Shown here: in pieces, positions 48,418-57,559 of the stretch
How the letters are laid out: every line of letters begins with the position of its first letter
Numbering within the stretch: the stretch's first letter is position 1
Source of the DNA: Methanobacteriota archaeon
Lineage (GTDB): Archaea; Thermoplasmatota; Thermoplasmata; SG8-5; JAGLSY01
NCBI GenBank assembly: GCA_020697715.1
Contig: JAEHCO010000001.1
Location: 352,001 to 416,000, forward strand
DNA length: 64,000 bases
Direction of reading: 5' to 3'
Notes under the pieces: model-generated
The model's input: the letters and a program-made list of their open reading frames with translations, nothing else
What the model was told of the DNA's origin: nothing
The model's database searches: none
Made by a program: the position numbers and the translations under genes

Positions 48418-48580
48418 TGAGGCTGATATTACTGGTCTGTTAATTTTTATGCGAAAAATCAGCAGGTTTCACACCTGTTTTCATGATTAATTTAAATATC
48501 GAGAGTAATTTATCATCTGCATATTGATTGATGATGGGCTTCAGTGTAGACACCCATCATCAAATTCAGGAGTTGAATTA

Positions 48581-49210
48581 ATGAAGATCATAATGCTGGG
48601 ACCACCAGGGGCTGGAAAAGGAACGCAGGCGCAATTGCTGGTAGAGAAGTTCGGACTGCCACAGATATCGACAGGTGACCTTCTCAGGGGCGCGCTGGGT
48701 GAAGGGACGGAACTCGGTATCGAGGCAAAGAAATACATGGATGCTGGCCAGCTGGTTCCGGATGACCTTATAATATCACTTATCGAAGAAAGGATCAAAT
48801 TGCCCGATTGTGAGGAGGGCTACATCCTCGATGGATTCCCAAGGACCATCGAGCAAGCTGAGGCACTTGGCGGAATCGACAATATCGATACCGTTCTCAA
48901 TATCGTGGTGGACACGGATGTCCTTATGGGAAGGCTGATGGGAAGGCGCACATGCCGAGGATGCAATGCGGTATTCAATATCACTGGCAGGCCATCGAAA
49001 GTAGAAGGAGTTTGTGACCAGTGTGGTGGCGAACTTTATCAGAGGGATGATGACAATGAGGCCACGGTGACCAAGAGACTGGACACTTACAATAATCAGA
49101 CCGCGCCGCTCATAGATTTCTATCGCGGAAAGGGCATACTGAAGGATGTTAGGACAGGTAAGGAGATCCCCGAGACCTTTGGGAATGTCATGATGGCATT
49201 GGGTCATTGA
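48581..49210 (+). CDS. adk: Adenylate kinase (bacterial-type, Zn lid)
   Basis: GPPGAGKGTQA, ISTGDLLR, LDGFPRT, CRGC..CDQC, QRDDD. Confidence 0.97.
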   Translation: MKIIMLGPPGAGKGTQAQLLVEKFGLPQISTGDLLRGALGEGTELGIEAKKYMDAGQLVPDDLIISLIEERIKLPDCEEGYILDGFPRTIEQAEALGGIDNIDTVLNIVVDTDVLMGRLMGRRTCRGCNAVFNITGRPSKVEGVCDQCGGELYQRDDDNEATVTKRLDTYNNQTAPLIDFYRGKGILKDVRTGKEIPETFGNVMMALGH

Positions 49211-49244
49211 TAATTCCAATTATCAAAACTCTCTAGCAGGATGG

Positions 49245-49550
49245 CTATTCTTCAACCTGGGCTCTCATCACTTTCTCAGATCTGATCAGCTTATGCATGT
49301 CCCTGACCACCCTTGTGGATTTATCCCGGCCAAAATCCTCCATGGCCTCGGAAAGTGCCTGGGAAAGCTTGGGAATGTCCCGGGTGGTGATGAAATCGGG
49401 CATGATACCCAGCTCCATACATTGCTTCTTGATGAAAAATTCCCCCATCTCACCCAGTTCTGATTCCATGATCTTATGGATCTCGAGGCTGAAATTACGG
49501 GGTTCCATGATAGGTGTATTGTTAATGAGGTTCATGAAGTTTTTGCTCAT
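49245..49550 (-). CDS. Small helical protein, paralog of 32827-33075
   Basis: ELGEMGEFFIKKQCMELGI..ITTRDIPKL vs NLGVMSIHVLKKQSMDAGI..INPRDINIL. Confidence 0.7.
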   Translation of the reverse strand: MSKNFMNLINNTPIMEPRNFSLEIHKIMESELGEMGEFFIKKQCMELGIMPDFITTRDIPKLSQALSEAMEDFGRDKSTRVVRDMHKLIRSEKVMRAQVEE

Positions 49551-49588
49551 GCGGAAGATTATTCATTATTGAGCCGAATACACTCACT

Positions 49589-50731
49589 GTGTTGAAATTG
49601 GGTTTTCTGATCAATCCCATAGCGGGGATCGGGGGTCGTGTCGGCCTCAAGGGAAGTGATGGGCCAGATACTCCGAGGAAGGCTCTGGATATGGGAGCGA
49701 GACCCATGGCAGGTCAAAAGGCCATGGATTTTCTATCAGCATTGAAATGCCTGGATGATATCGAGATTTACACATGCGGAGGGAGCATGGGCCAGGATGT
49801 TCTGGAAGAAGCGAGTGTGGCGTATCACGCGATCGTGCATGATGTGGCTGATAAGACAGGAATTGAGGATACTCTAGCTGCTGTTAGGGGGTTCGAAGGC
49901 GCGGGGGTCGACCTTATAGCCTTTTGCGGAGGCGACGGAACTGCCAGGGACGTGCACCATGCCATGGATGCTGAAATGCCTATTATCGGTATCCCATCGG
50001 GTGTCAAGATGTATTCATCCGTATTCGCTCTGAGCCCGGAAGCTGCGGCTTCAACTGTTTGCACCTTCACGCAGGCCTCGGATATGCTGGCAGAGGCCGA
50101 GATCATGGACCTGGATGAGGAAGCAGTTAGAAAAGGAAAGCCAGGAGTGAGGGTGAAGCTCCATGGCCTGGCCATGATTCCATTTGATAAGACCTCGATA
50201 CAGAGGGCGAAAGTTCCCTCGGAGCCCGAAGAGAAAGAGTTCGCGGAAGCAATAGCCAGCTGCCTTGTGGAGGAGATGGGAAAGGATGATGACCAGGATG
50301 TGCAGGGCGTTCTATATATCCTGGGGCCAGGCTCCGTGAAGAAAGCCATCATGCGGGAATTGGGGCTGGAAGGCTCATTCCTGGGCGTTGATGTGATAGT
50401 GAACAAAAAGATCGCTGACCTTGACCTTAATGAAGGCCAGCTTATTCAACTTCTTGATGATAAGATGCCAGGAGATGCCAGGCTGATAATAACACCCATC
50501 GGGGCGCAGGGCTTCGTGCTGGGAAGAGGCAATCAGCAGATCGGCCCGGGGGTCATAAGGAAAGTAGGAATTGACAATATCCAAATAGTGGCAACCCCGC
50601 AAAAACTAGCCCACACGCCGAGGCTGTTCGTCCAGACTGGCGATAAAGAACTGGACATGGAGATAGCGGGATATCGAAAAATTCTCGTCGGATACAGGAT
50701 GTGGGAGATGAAGAAGGTGAAAGCCGCATAG
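49589..50731 (+). CDS. ATP-NAD kinase / AcoX-like family protein
   Basis: INPIAGIGGRVGLKGSDG, GGDGTARD, IPSGVKMYS, GRGNQQ. Confidence 0.88.
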   Translation: MLKLGFLINPIAGIGGRVGLKGSDGPDTPRKALDMGARPMAGQKAMDFLSALKCLDDIEIYTCGGSMGQDVLEEASVAYHAIVHDVADKTGIEDTLAAVRGFEGAGVDLIAFCGGDGTARDVHHAMDAEMPIIGIPSGVKMYSSVFALSPEAAASTVCTFTQASDMLAEAEIMDLDEEAVRKGKPGVRVKLHGLAMIPFDKTSIQRAKVPSEPEEKEFAEAIASCLVEEMGKDDDQDVQGVLYILGPGSVKKAIMRELGLEGSFLGVDVIVNKKIADLDLNEGQLIQLLDDKMPGDARLIITPIGAQGFVLGRGNQQIGPGVIRKVGIDNIQIVATPQKLAHTPRLFVQTGDKELDMEIAGYRKILVGYRMWEMKKVKAA

Positions 50732-50738
50732 TATGGGG

Positions 50739-51356
50739 CTACGGTATCCCGCAAAACTCTTCCAGACTGCTGGCCAGCATCACCTTGCTGACCATTTTCT
50801 GATTTCCCAGAGTGTCAAAAGGCTTGTCCCCATAATCATGGCCAGGATACACGATGAGATGGTCTGGTAGTGTCTTTATTTTATCATTTATGGAGGCGTA
50901 CATCACCTCGCAGGAACCGTCCGGGAGATCCACCCTGCCGCAATCACCTATAAAAAGAGTGTCGCCAGTCAGTAGGAATTTGTCATCCACCAGGAGGCAT
51001 ATCCCGCCCCTGGTGTGGCCGGGAGTGTGAATTATCTTGATCTCCACATCACCTATATTCAATATCTGGCCATCCTGTAAAGTGACATCCGCGCCCCCTT
51101 TGATCTTGGGAGCGTCCAGCTCGTGGGCCAGTATCTGAGGTGAGAATAATTTTTTCACCGAATCATTGGCCGCGGTATGATCCGCGTGATGGTGGGTGTT
51201 GATGATATAGGAAAGGTCGAGCCCCAGATCGGAAAGGCGCTTTAATGATCCAGCGGCACTGAATCCAGGGTCTACGAGGGCGGCTTCCTTCTCGCCCTCG
51301 GAATATATTAGATAAGAAAAATTGTCACGGCCAGTCAATATCTGTTCCACAGTCAT
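50739..51356 (-). CDS. MBL-fold hydrolase (glyoxalase II-like)
   Basis: THHHADH, HTPGHT, TGDTLF, PGHDY. Confidence 0.92.
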   Translation of the reverse strand: MTVEQILTGRDNFSYLIYSEGEKEAALVDPGFSAAGSLKRLSDLGLDLSYIINTHHHADHTAANDSVKKLFSPQILAHELDAPKIKGGADVTLQDGQILNIGDVEIKIIHTPGHTRGGICLLVDDKFLLTGDTLFIGDCGRVDLPDGSCEVMYASINDKIKTLPDHLIVYPGHDYGDKPFDTLGNQKMVSKVMLASSLEEFCGIP

Positions 51357-51379
51357 GCGAGTATAATGGTGGACATTGT

Positions 51380-52387
51380 TTATATTTTCTTGCGGTGTTT
51401 GTCATTGTTGGCTGCTTTTCCCAAAAGCTGGGAGATCAGCATACCAGCCAGCATCAGGCCAGCTCCCGTCATGCCTCTTGGTGAAAGGACCTCGCCAAGA
51501 ATGAGCCAACCACCGATAGCGGCGAAAACAGCTTCCAGGCTGAGGATGATGGCCGCGTGAGCTGGATGGGCTTTCTTCTGCGCGAACACCTGGAGGGTGT
51601 AGGCAATTCCTACAGAGATCGCGCCCCCGTAAAGGATGGGGACCGCGGCCTTGGCGATACTGGATATCAGGATGGTCTCAGTTGCCAGGGCGACCAGCGT
51701 GCTGAGGAGCGCGCATATCGCGAATTGGGTTATGGCCAGCTTGATCGCATTGATACGCGGTGAGAGATGACTGATGATCAACACATGGGCGGCCCAGAAG
51801 ACCGCTCCGAGAAGCACCAGAAGGTCGCCCCAGGCGATATTGAAGCCTTCTGTCACGCTGAGTAGATACAGACCCAGTGCTGCCAGTATTGCCCCGATAA
51901 AGGTCCCTATGCTGGTTTTTCTTCCCAACGCGATGCCCATGATCGGCACTATCACGACATACAGTCCCGTGATGAAGCCCGCGTTTCCAGCAGTCGTGTG
52001 CACGATGCCCATCTGCTGCAATGACGCCCCCATGAAAAGCACCAGGCCGAGAAGGATACTGCCCATGATGACACCTATCTTGTTCCTGGCGAAGGATCGT
52101 CTATCTGGTGGTAATATTTGCCTGGCAGATCGCTTTTTTCGAGGGGATAGTAATAAAAATGGCAGAAGAACAGCAGCACCCAGTGCGAAGCGGATGCCAT
52201 TGAAAGTGAAGGGGCCGACATGTTCCATCCCCATCCTCTGGGCTACAAAGGCGAATCCCCAAATTCCAGCTGTCAGAAGGAGCATGACATCTGATAAATT
52301 GTTACCTTTTTTTGGACTGTGCTTGGACTTCATCAATACGCACCTCATGCTGCTGGCTATACCCTGTGCCATTGACTCCAATGACAT
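51380..52387 (-). CDS. DMT/EamA family transporter (start may be downstream)
   Basis: IWGFAFVAQ, FITGLYVVIVP, AYTLQ, ILSLEAVFA; many TM segments. Confidence 0.92.
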   Translation of the reverse strand: MSLESMAQGIASSMRCVLMKSKHSPKKGNNLSDVMLLLTAGIWGFAFVAQRMGMEHVGPFTFNGIRFALGAAVLLPFLLLSPRKKRSARQILPPDRRSFARNKIGVIMGSILLGLVLFMGASLQQMGIVHTTAGNAGFITGLYVVIVPIMGIALGRKTSIGTFIGAILAALGLYLLSVTEGFNIAWGDLLVLLGAVFWAAHVLIISHLSPRINAIKLAITQFAICALLSTLVALATETILISSIAKAAVPILYGGAISVGIAYTLQVFAQKKAHPAHAAIILSLEAVFAAIGGWLILGEVLSPRGMTGAGLMLAGMLISQLLGKAANNDKHRKKI

Positions 52388-52511
52388 GCGGGCATATATT
52401 GTTTATTGAATCCTCTCTAAGCCCAATACTTCAGGATTGGGGAGCCCTCATTGGGAAAAATCCTAATATCGCATGCGGCATATTGCGAATGTCGAATGGA
52501 GAACGAGTGTG

Positions 52512-53270
52512 ATGACTGGAGAACAGATCGAAGGAAATATTTTCGATATCAAGAGATATGCCATCCATGACGGGCCAGGCATTCGTGTTACCGTGTTCTT
52601 GCAAGGTTGTCCGTTGGACTGCTGGTGGTGCCACAATCCGGAAGGAATTGGGCCGTCATCTGATGGTGGAAGAAAGATCACTATCAAGGAGCTCATGGAA
52701 GAAGTGGAAAAGGATACGATATTCATGGACGAATCCGGAGGTGGAGTAACTTTCTCCGGAGGCGAGCCACTAATGCAATCTGATTTCCTGATCCTAGCTC
52801 TGAAAGAATGTGGAGAAAGATATATTCACAGGACGCTGGACACTTCGGGTTACGCAAAACCCGAAGTCTTCGCCAGCGTGTTGGAACATGTGGATATGGT
52901 ATTATTTGACCTGAAGTTGGCCGACCCTGCAAAACATTCTCGATATGCTGGCCATACCAATGATCTTATTCTGGAGAACCTGAGAGCTTTAGACAGTAGT
53001 GAGGTGGAGACTATGATTCGACTACCTATCATTCCAGGTATCACGGATACTGAAGAAAACATACTGGCGATTGCCGAAATCGTATCTGGATTAGGGAGGC
53101 TGGATACCATTGAACTACTGCCATATCATGCCACGGCCAGAGCGAAATACGATAGGCTGGGTATCGAGTTCCGTATGGGTGATGTCGTGCCTGTGAGTGA
53201 GCGGGATTTGGTATCAATTAAATATACTATGGAGAGCATGGGGATCAAAGTGATTGGAGGACCGGAATGA
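52512..53270 (+). CDS. Glycyl-radical enzyme activating enzyme (radical SAM)
   Basis: HDGPGIRVTVFLQGCPLDCWWCHNPE, GVTFSGGEP, LLPYH. Confidence 0.95.
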   Translation: MTGEQIEGNIFDIKRYAIHDGPGIRVTVFLQGCPLDCWWCHNPEGIGPSSDGGRKITIKELMEEVEKDTIFMDESGGGVTFSGGEPLMQSDFLILALKECGERYIHRTLDTSGYAKPEVFASVLEHVDMVLFDLKLADPAKHSRYAGHTNDLILENLRALDSSEVETMIRLPIIPGITDTEENILAIAEIVSGLGRLDTIELLPYHATARAKYDRLGIEFRMGDVVPVSERDLVSIKYTMESMGIKVIGGPE

Positions 53271-55627
53271 ACTCTCGTATCCAGAAGCTCAGGGAAGATA
53301 GCATATCGGCTGTTCCAGAGGTATCGGTGGAGCGAGCTGTCCTTGTAACTGAGTATTATAAGAGCGTGCAAGGGCAGGATATTCCAATCCCCATAAAGAG
53401 AGCCAGTGCCTTCAAACACATTATGATGAATAAGGAATTGTGCATATTGGATGGAGAGATCATTGTGGGCGAGAGAGGGCCGTCACCCAAGGCCACTCCC
53501 ACATACCCAGAGATCTGCATCCATTCTCTGGATGACCTTCAAGTACTGGATACCAGGCTGAAGATACCGTATAAAGTATCTTCAGAAGTGAGGGATATCT
53601 ATGAAAGAGAGATCATCCCATTCTGGAAAGGTAAGTCACAAAGAGAGATCATCTTCAAGAACATGAAAGATGATTGGCTGGCAGCATATGAGGCGGGTGT
53701 TTTCACAGAGTTCATGGAACAAAGACCTCCAGGGCACACGGCGCTTGATGATAAAATATACAAAAAAGGATTTTTGGATATTCAGAAAGATATCCAAGCC
53801 AGTATTGAAAATATTGATGATAATGATCCTGAGGCGCGTGGAAAGAAGAACGAGCTGGAGGCCATGCGGATAAGTCTCGATGCCCTGATCGGCTTCGCAG
53901 AGCGGCACGCGGAAAGATTGGAAGAGATGGCGCGCGTGGAACCAGATGCTGATAGGAGGGGGGAGATCGAGGATATGGCACGCGTATGTCGCCGCGTGCC
54001 AGCAAATGCCCCTGAGAGCTTCTGGGAGGCCATCCAGTATTATTGGTTCGTCCATATCGGTATCATCACCGAGGTCAATCCCTGGGATGCTTTCAATCCA
54101 GGAAGACTGGATCAACATCTTTATCCATTTTACAAGCGAGAGATAGAAGCTGGAACATTGACCGAAGAGAGGGCGAAAGAACTTCTCCAAGCTCTTTGGA
54201 TCAAGTTCAATGATCATCCAGCTCCTCCGAAGGTCGGCGTCACTTCCAAGGAAAGCAACACTTACACGGACTTCGCCCTTATCAATCTTGGTGGATTGAA
54301 GGAAGATGGCTCAGATGCGGTGAACGACCTGAGCTACCTGATACTGGACGTCATTGGCGAGATGCGTATGATCCAACCCAGTTCCATGGTCCAGCTTAGC
54401 AAGAAGAATCCAGATAGGTTCATCAAACACGCGATCCAGATCATTCGATCTGGATTCGGACAACCGTCGGTATTCAATACCGATGCCATTGTTCAGGAAT
54501 TGATACTTCAAGGTAAGAAGCTGGAGGACGCGCGAGCTGGTGGAGCCAGTGGCTGCGTGGAGAGCGGAGCCTTCGGCAAAGAAGCTTACATACTCACTGG
54601 CTATTTCAATATCCCAAAGGTTCTGGAGATCACACTCAATAATGGCCAAGACCCACGCACTGGAAAGATCGTGGGTGTGGAAACTGGCGATCCATCTGAA
54701 TTCAATTCCTTCGATCAGCTCTACGAAGCTTTCGAGAAACAAATGAAATATTTCATAGATATCAAGATCATTGGGAACAATATCATTGACAAGCTGTACG
54801 CTGGACATCTGCCAGTTCCCTTCTTATCCACCATGATAGATGATTGCATATCCGAAGGAAAGGATTATCATGATGGGGGTGCGAGATACAATACCAGCTA
54901 CATCCAGGGTGTGGGTTTGGGAAGTATAACCGATTCCTTAGTTGCGATCAAACATAATGTGTTTGATGAAAAAAGTGCGACCATGGCCGAGTTCCAGAAG
55001 GCACTGGCTCAGGACTTTGATGGTTCTCCAGAATTGCATCATACAGTTATGGCGAACACACCGAAATACGGCAATGATGATGATCGAGCCGATGATATAA
55101 TGAAAAGAGTCTTCAACACCTATTATAGGCTGATAGATGGCCGACCGAATTCCAGAGGCGGCCAGCATAGGATCAATCTTCTTCCCACGACCGTCCATAT
55201 CTACTTCGGCAATGTGATCGGTGCCTTACCAGATGGTAGAAAGGCTGGCCAGCCATTGTCCGAGGGTGTGTCCCCCGTACAGGGGGCGGACAGGAATGGG
55301 CCTACCTCGGTACTGCGATCTGCTGGCAAGATAGATCATATAAGAACTGGTGGCACTCTTTTGAACCAGAAATTCACTCCACAATTACTCGCTGATCAAG
55401 CCGGGAGAAACAAGCTGGCACATCTCATCAGAGGATATTTCAAAATGGACGGCCACCATATTCAATTCAATGTAGTCAGCGCTGAAACTCTCAGGAAAGC
55501 GCAGAAAGAGCCGGATAAACACCGTGATCTGATCGTCAGGGTGGCTGGCTATAGTGATTATTTTGTGGATCTGACACCCGAACTTCAAGAAGAGATCATC
55601 AAGAGGACGGAACATATCGAACTCTGA
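53267..55627 (+). CDS. hypD: Glycyl radical enzyme, trans-4-hydroxy-L-proline dehydratase type
   Basis: EQRPPGHT, WDAFNPGRLDQ, ESNTYTDF, SGCVE..AYILTGY, LPTT, RVAGYS. Confidence 0.85.
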   Translation: MNSRIQKLREDSISAVPEVSVERAVLVTEYYKSVQGQDIPIPIKRASAFKHIMMNKELCILDGEIIVGERGPSPKATPTYPEICIHSLDDLQVLDTRLKIPYKVSSEVRDIYEREIIPFWKGKSQREIIFKNMKDDWLAAYEAGVFTEFMEQRPPGHTALDDKIYKKGFLDIQKDIQASIENIDDNDPEARGKKNELEAMRISLDALIGFAERHAERLEEMARVEPDADRRGEIEDMARVCRRVPANAPESFWEAIQYYWFVHIGIITEVNPWDAFNPGRLDQHLYPFYKREIEAGTLTEERAKELLQALWIKFNDHPAPPKVGVTSKESNTYTDFALINLGGLKEDGSDAVNDLSYLILDVIGEMRMIQPSSMVQLSKKNPDRFIKHAIQIIRSGFGQPSVFNTDAIVQELILQGKKLEDARAGGASGCVESGAFGKEAYILTGYFNIPKVLEITLNNGQDPRTGKIVGVETGDPSEFNSFDQLYEAFEKQMKYFIDIKIIGNNIIDKLYAGHLPVPFLSTMIDDCISEGKDYHDGGARYNTSYIQGVGLGSITDSLVAIKHNVFDEKSATMAEFQKALAQDFDGSPELHHTVMANTPKYGNDDDRADDIMKRVFNTYYRLIDGRPNSRGGQHRINLLPTTVHIYFGNVIGALPDGRKAGQPLSEGVSPVQGADRNGPTSVLRSAGKIDHIRTGGTLLNQKFTPQLLADQAGRNKLAHLIRGYFKMDGHHIQFNVVSAETLRKAQKEPDKHRDLIVRVAGYSDYFVDLTPELQEEIIKRTEHIEL

Positions 55628-55705
55628 ATTTTGACTAGAGAGTGGCTGGAGCAAAAAAACTTAAAACCGTTAATCCAATGACCGAGCATCAAATGGTATG
55701 GGATC

Positions 55706-57559
55706 ATGATTGACTCGAACAAATACAAAACAGCAACATCATATCAACTTTCAGCATTGCGTAGATATCCTGGATTGACCATATTCGCCTTCGGGTTGGC
55801 TATCTTCGCTTCCTTTGTGACAACCCTATCATCCTGGGTCCTGGGTGATGCCATGGACCACCTGAAATTCGCCGTGGATAATGATCTTGGACTTACTCCG
55901 GAATTCATTGGCTCCTGCTGGTTGATCTTTGGACTGGCCCTTCTTCTTTTCATCACATACATCGTGGTCGGTTTCTCTTTTGCCATAATGACACTGAGAT
56001 GGGAAAGGGATGCTAGACAGGAATTCTTCGAGACCATTCAGAACAATAGCATGACCTTCCATGATCAGATCGACAGCAAGAAGATGCTGGCTGTCGCGAT
56101 GCAGGATATAAGGTGGGTGAGATTCTCACTCAACCCTGCCCTTCGTAATATCATCATGTCTATTGGCTCATTGATCATTGCCTCGATACTTTTGGCTTGG
56201 ATAGATATCCAGGAGGGTTTGTTTCCAGTACTGGGTATTATCGTGGCAGTGGGCTCGCCTCTCTATCTATTCTTCGCCTACAGATATGCTGTTTCCATAG
56301 AGCCAGTTCGAAGGGAGCGATCTGAACAGAATGAGCGGCTCACTGCGGTTAGCCAGGAGGTCTTTCGAGGCATCGAGGTGGTCAGGGCATTTGGAGCAGA
56401 CGACCAAGAGATCGGAAAATTCAGAGATGTATCAAAGGAATATGAGAGATTGTTGACCAAAGAAGGAAGACTGGCTGCCTTCTATATCCCTAATATGATA
56501 TTGACATTCACCACCGCTGCGGCCTTTTTATACTGTGCTAATCAGGTCATCCTTGGTGTTTTTCCAATTGGCACTTTGGTAAAGGCAATTGCCTTGCTGG
56601 CAGTTGTCGATGGTTTCAGCCATATGCTTCCAAGGTTCCTGCTGGTCATTCGCGGTGGGCATGTGAATGCCCAAAGGATAGTGGATATTCTGAACTGGGA
56701 TGATCCATTCAAAGAGCCTGTCTCTCCCATCAAGGACATTGACTGGGGAGGGGATATCGTTCTCGAGGATGTTGATTTCAAATACACCTCGGAAAATGGA
56801 AAGGAAGGACCAAATGCCCTGCGTGGGCTGAACCTCACCATACCTGGAGGATCCAGAGTGGCACTTATTGGTGGGCCAGGAAGTGGTAAGAGTACCTTGC
56901 TCAAACTACTGCTCAGACTATATGATCCGACCGATGGGAAGATATTGATCGGGGACACAGACCTGGATAATATATGCACCAGGGATGCCAGAGAGGCGAT
57001 CGGCCTGGTCGAGCAAAATATATTCCTATTCAGGAGAAGTGTGAAGGATAATATCGGCTTCGGGAAAGTGGATGCAACCCAGGAGGAAGTTGAGGAGGCC
57101 GCTGAAAGAGCACAGGCCATCGAGTTTATAAATGAACTCGATGACGGATATGATACTATCATCGGTGAGAGAGGGATGACATTGAGTGGGGGTCAAAGAC
57201 AGAGACTGGCAATTGCCAGAACCCTTCTGCAGGACCCGAAGATACTGCTACTTGATGATTCTGTGAGTGCCATCGATGCAAGGACGGAGTTCCAACTTCG
57301 AAAGGCACTGGATGAGGTGATGAAAGGAAGGACGAGCATCACCGTGACCCAGAGATTGAGAACCTTATTGGAGGCCGATATGATCATAATCATGGAAAAA
57401 GGCAGCATCGTGGCTGTCGGGAACCATGATGAATTGATCAGATCCTCAGAGCATTACAAAAGGATATTCAGAAGGCTGCCAGGAGCGGAGCGGTTCTTTC
57501 ATCAAGATGAAAAATCCGACATGCCAGTTCATTCTGACGAAAGTGGAGGTGGTGCCTGA
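55706..57559 (+). CDS. ABC exporter half-transporter (degenerate NBD)
   Basis: TMD plus GGPGSGKST, LSGGQ, LLDD (catalytic E to D), TQR (H switch to Q). Confidence 0.92.
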   Translation: MIDSNKYKTATSYQLSALRRYPGLTIFAFGLAIFASFVTTLSSWVLGDAMDHLKFAVDNDLGLTPEFIGSCWLIFGLALLLFITYIVVGFSFAIMTLRWERDARQEFFETIQNNSMTFHDQIDSKKMLAVAMQDIRWVRFSLNPALRNIIMSIGSLIIASILLAWIDIQEGLFPVLGIIVAVGSPLYLFFAYRYAVSIEPVRRERSEQNERLTAVSQEVFRGIEVVRAFGADDQEIGKFRDVSKEYERLLTKEGRLAAFYIPNMILTFTTAAAFLYCANQVILGVFPIGTLVKAIALLAVVDGFSHMLPRFLLVIRGGHVNAQRIVDILNWDDPFKEPVSPIKDIDWGGDIVLEDVDFKYTSENGKEGPNALRGLNLTIPGGSRVALIGGPGSGKSTLLKLLLRLYDPTDGKILIGDTDLDNICTRDAREAIGLVEQNIFLFRRSVKDNIGFGKVDATQEEVEEAAERAQAIEFINELDDGYDTIIGERGMTLSGGQRQRLAIARTLLQDPKILLLDDSVSAIDARTEFQLRKALDEVMKGRTSITVTQRLRTLLEADMIIIMEKGSIVAVGNHDELIRSSEHYKRIFRRLPGAERFFHQDEKSDMPVHSDESGGGA

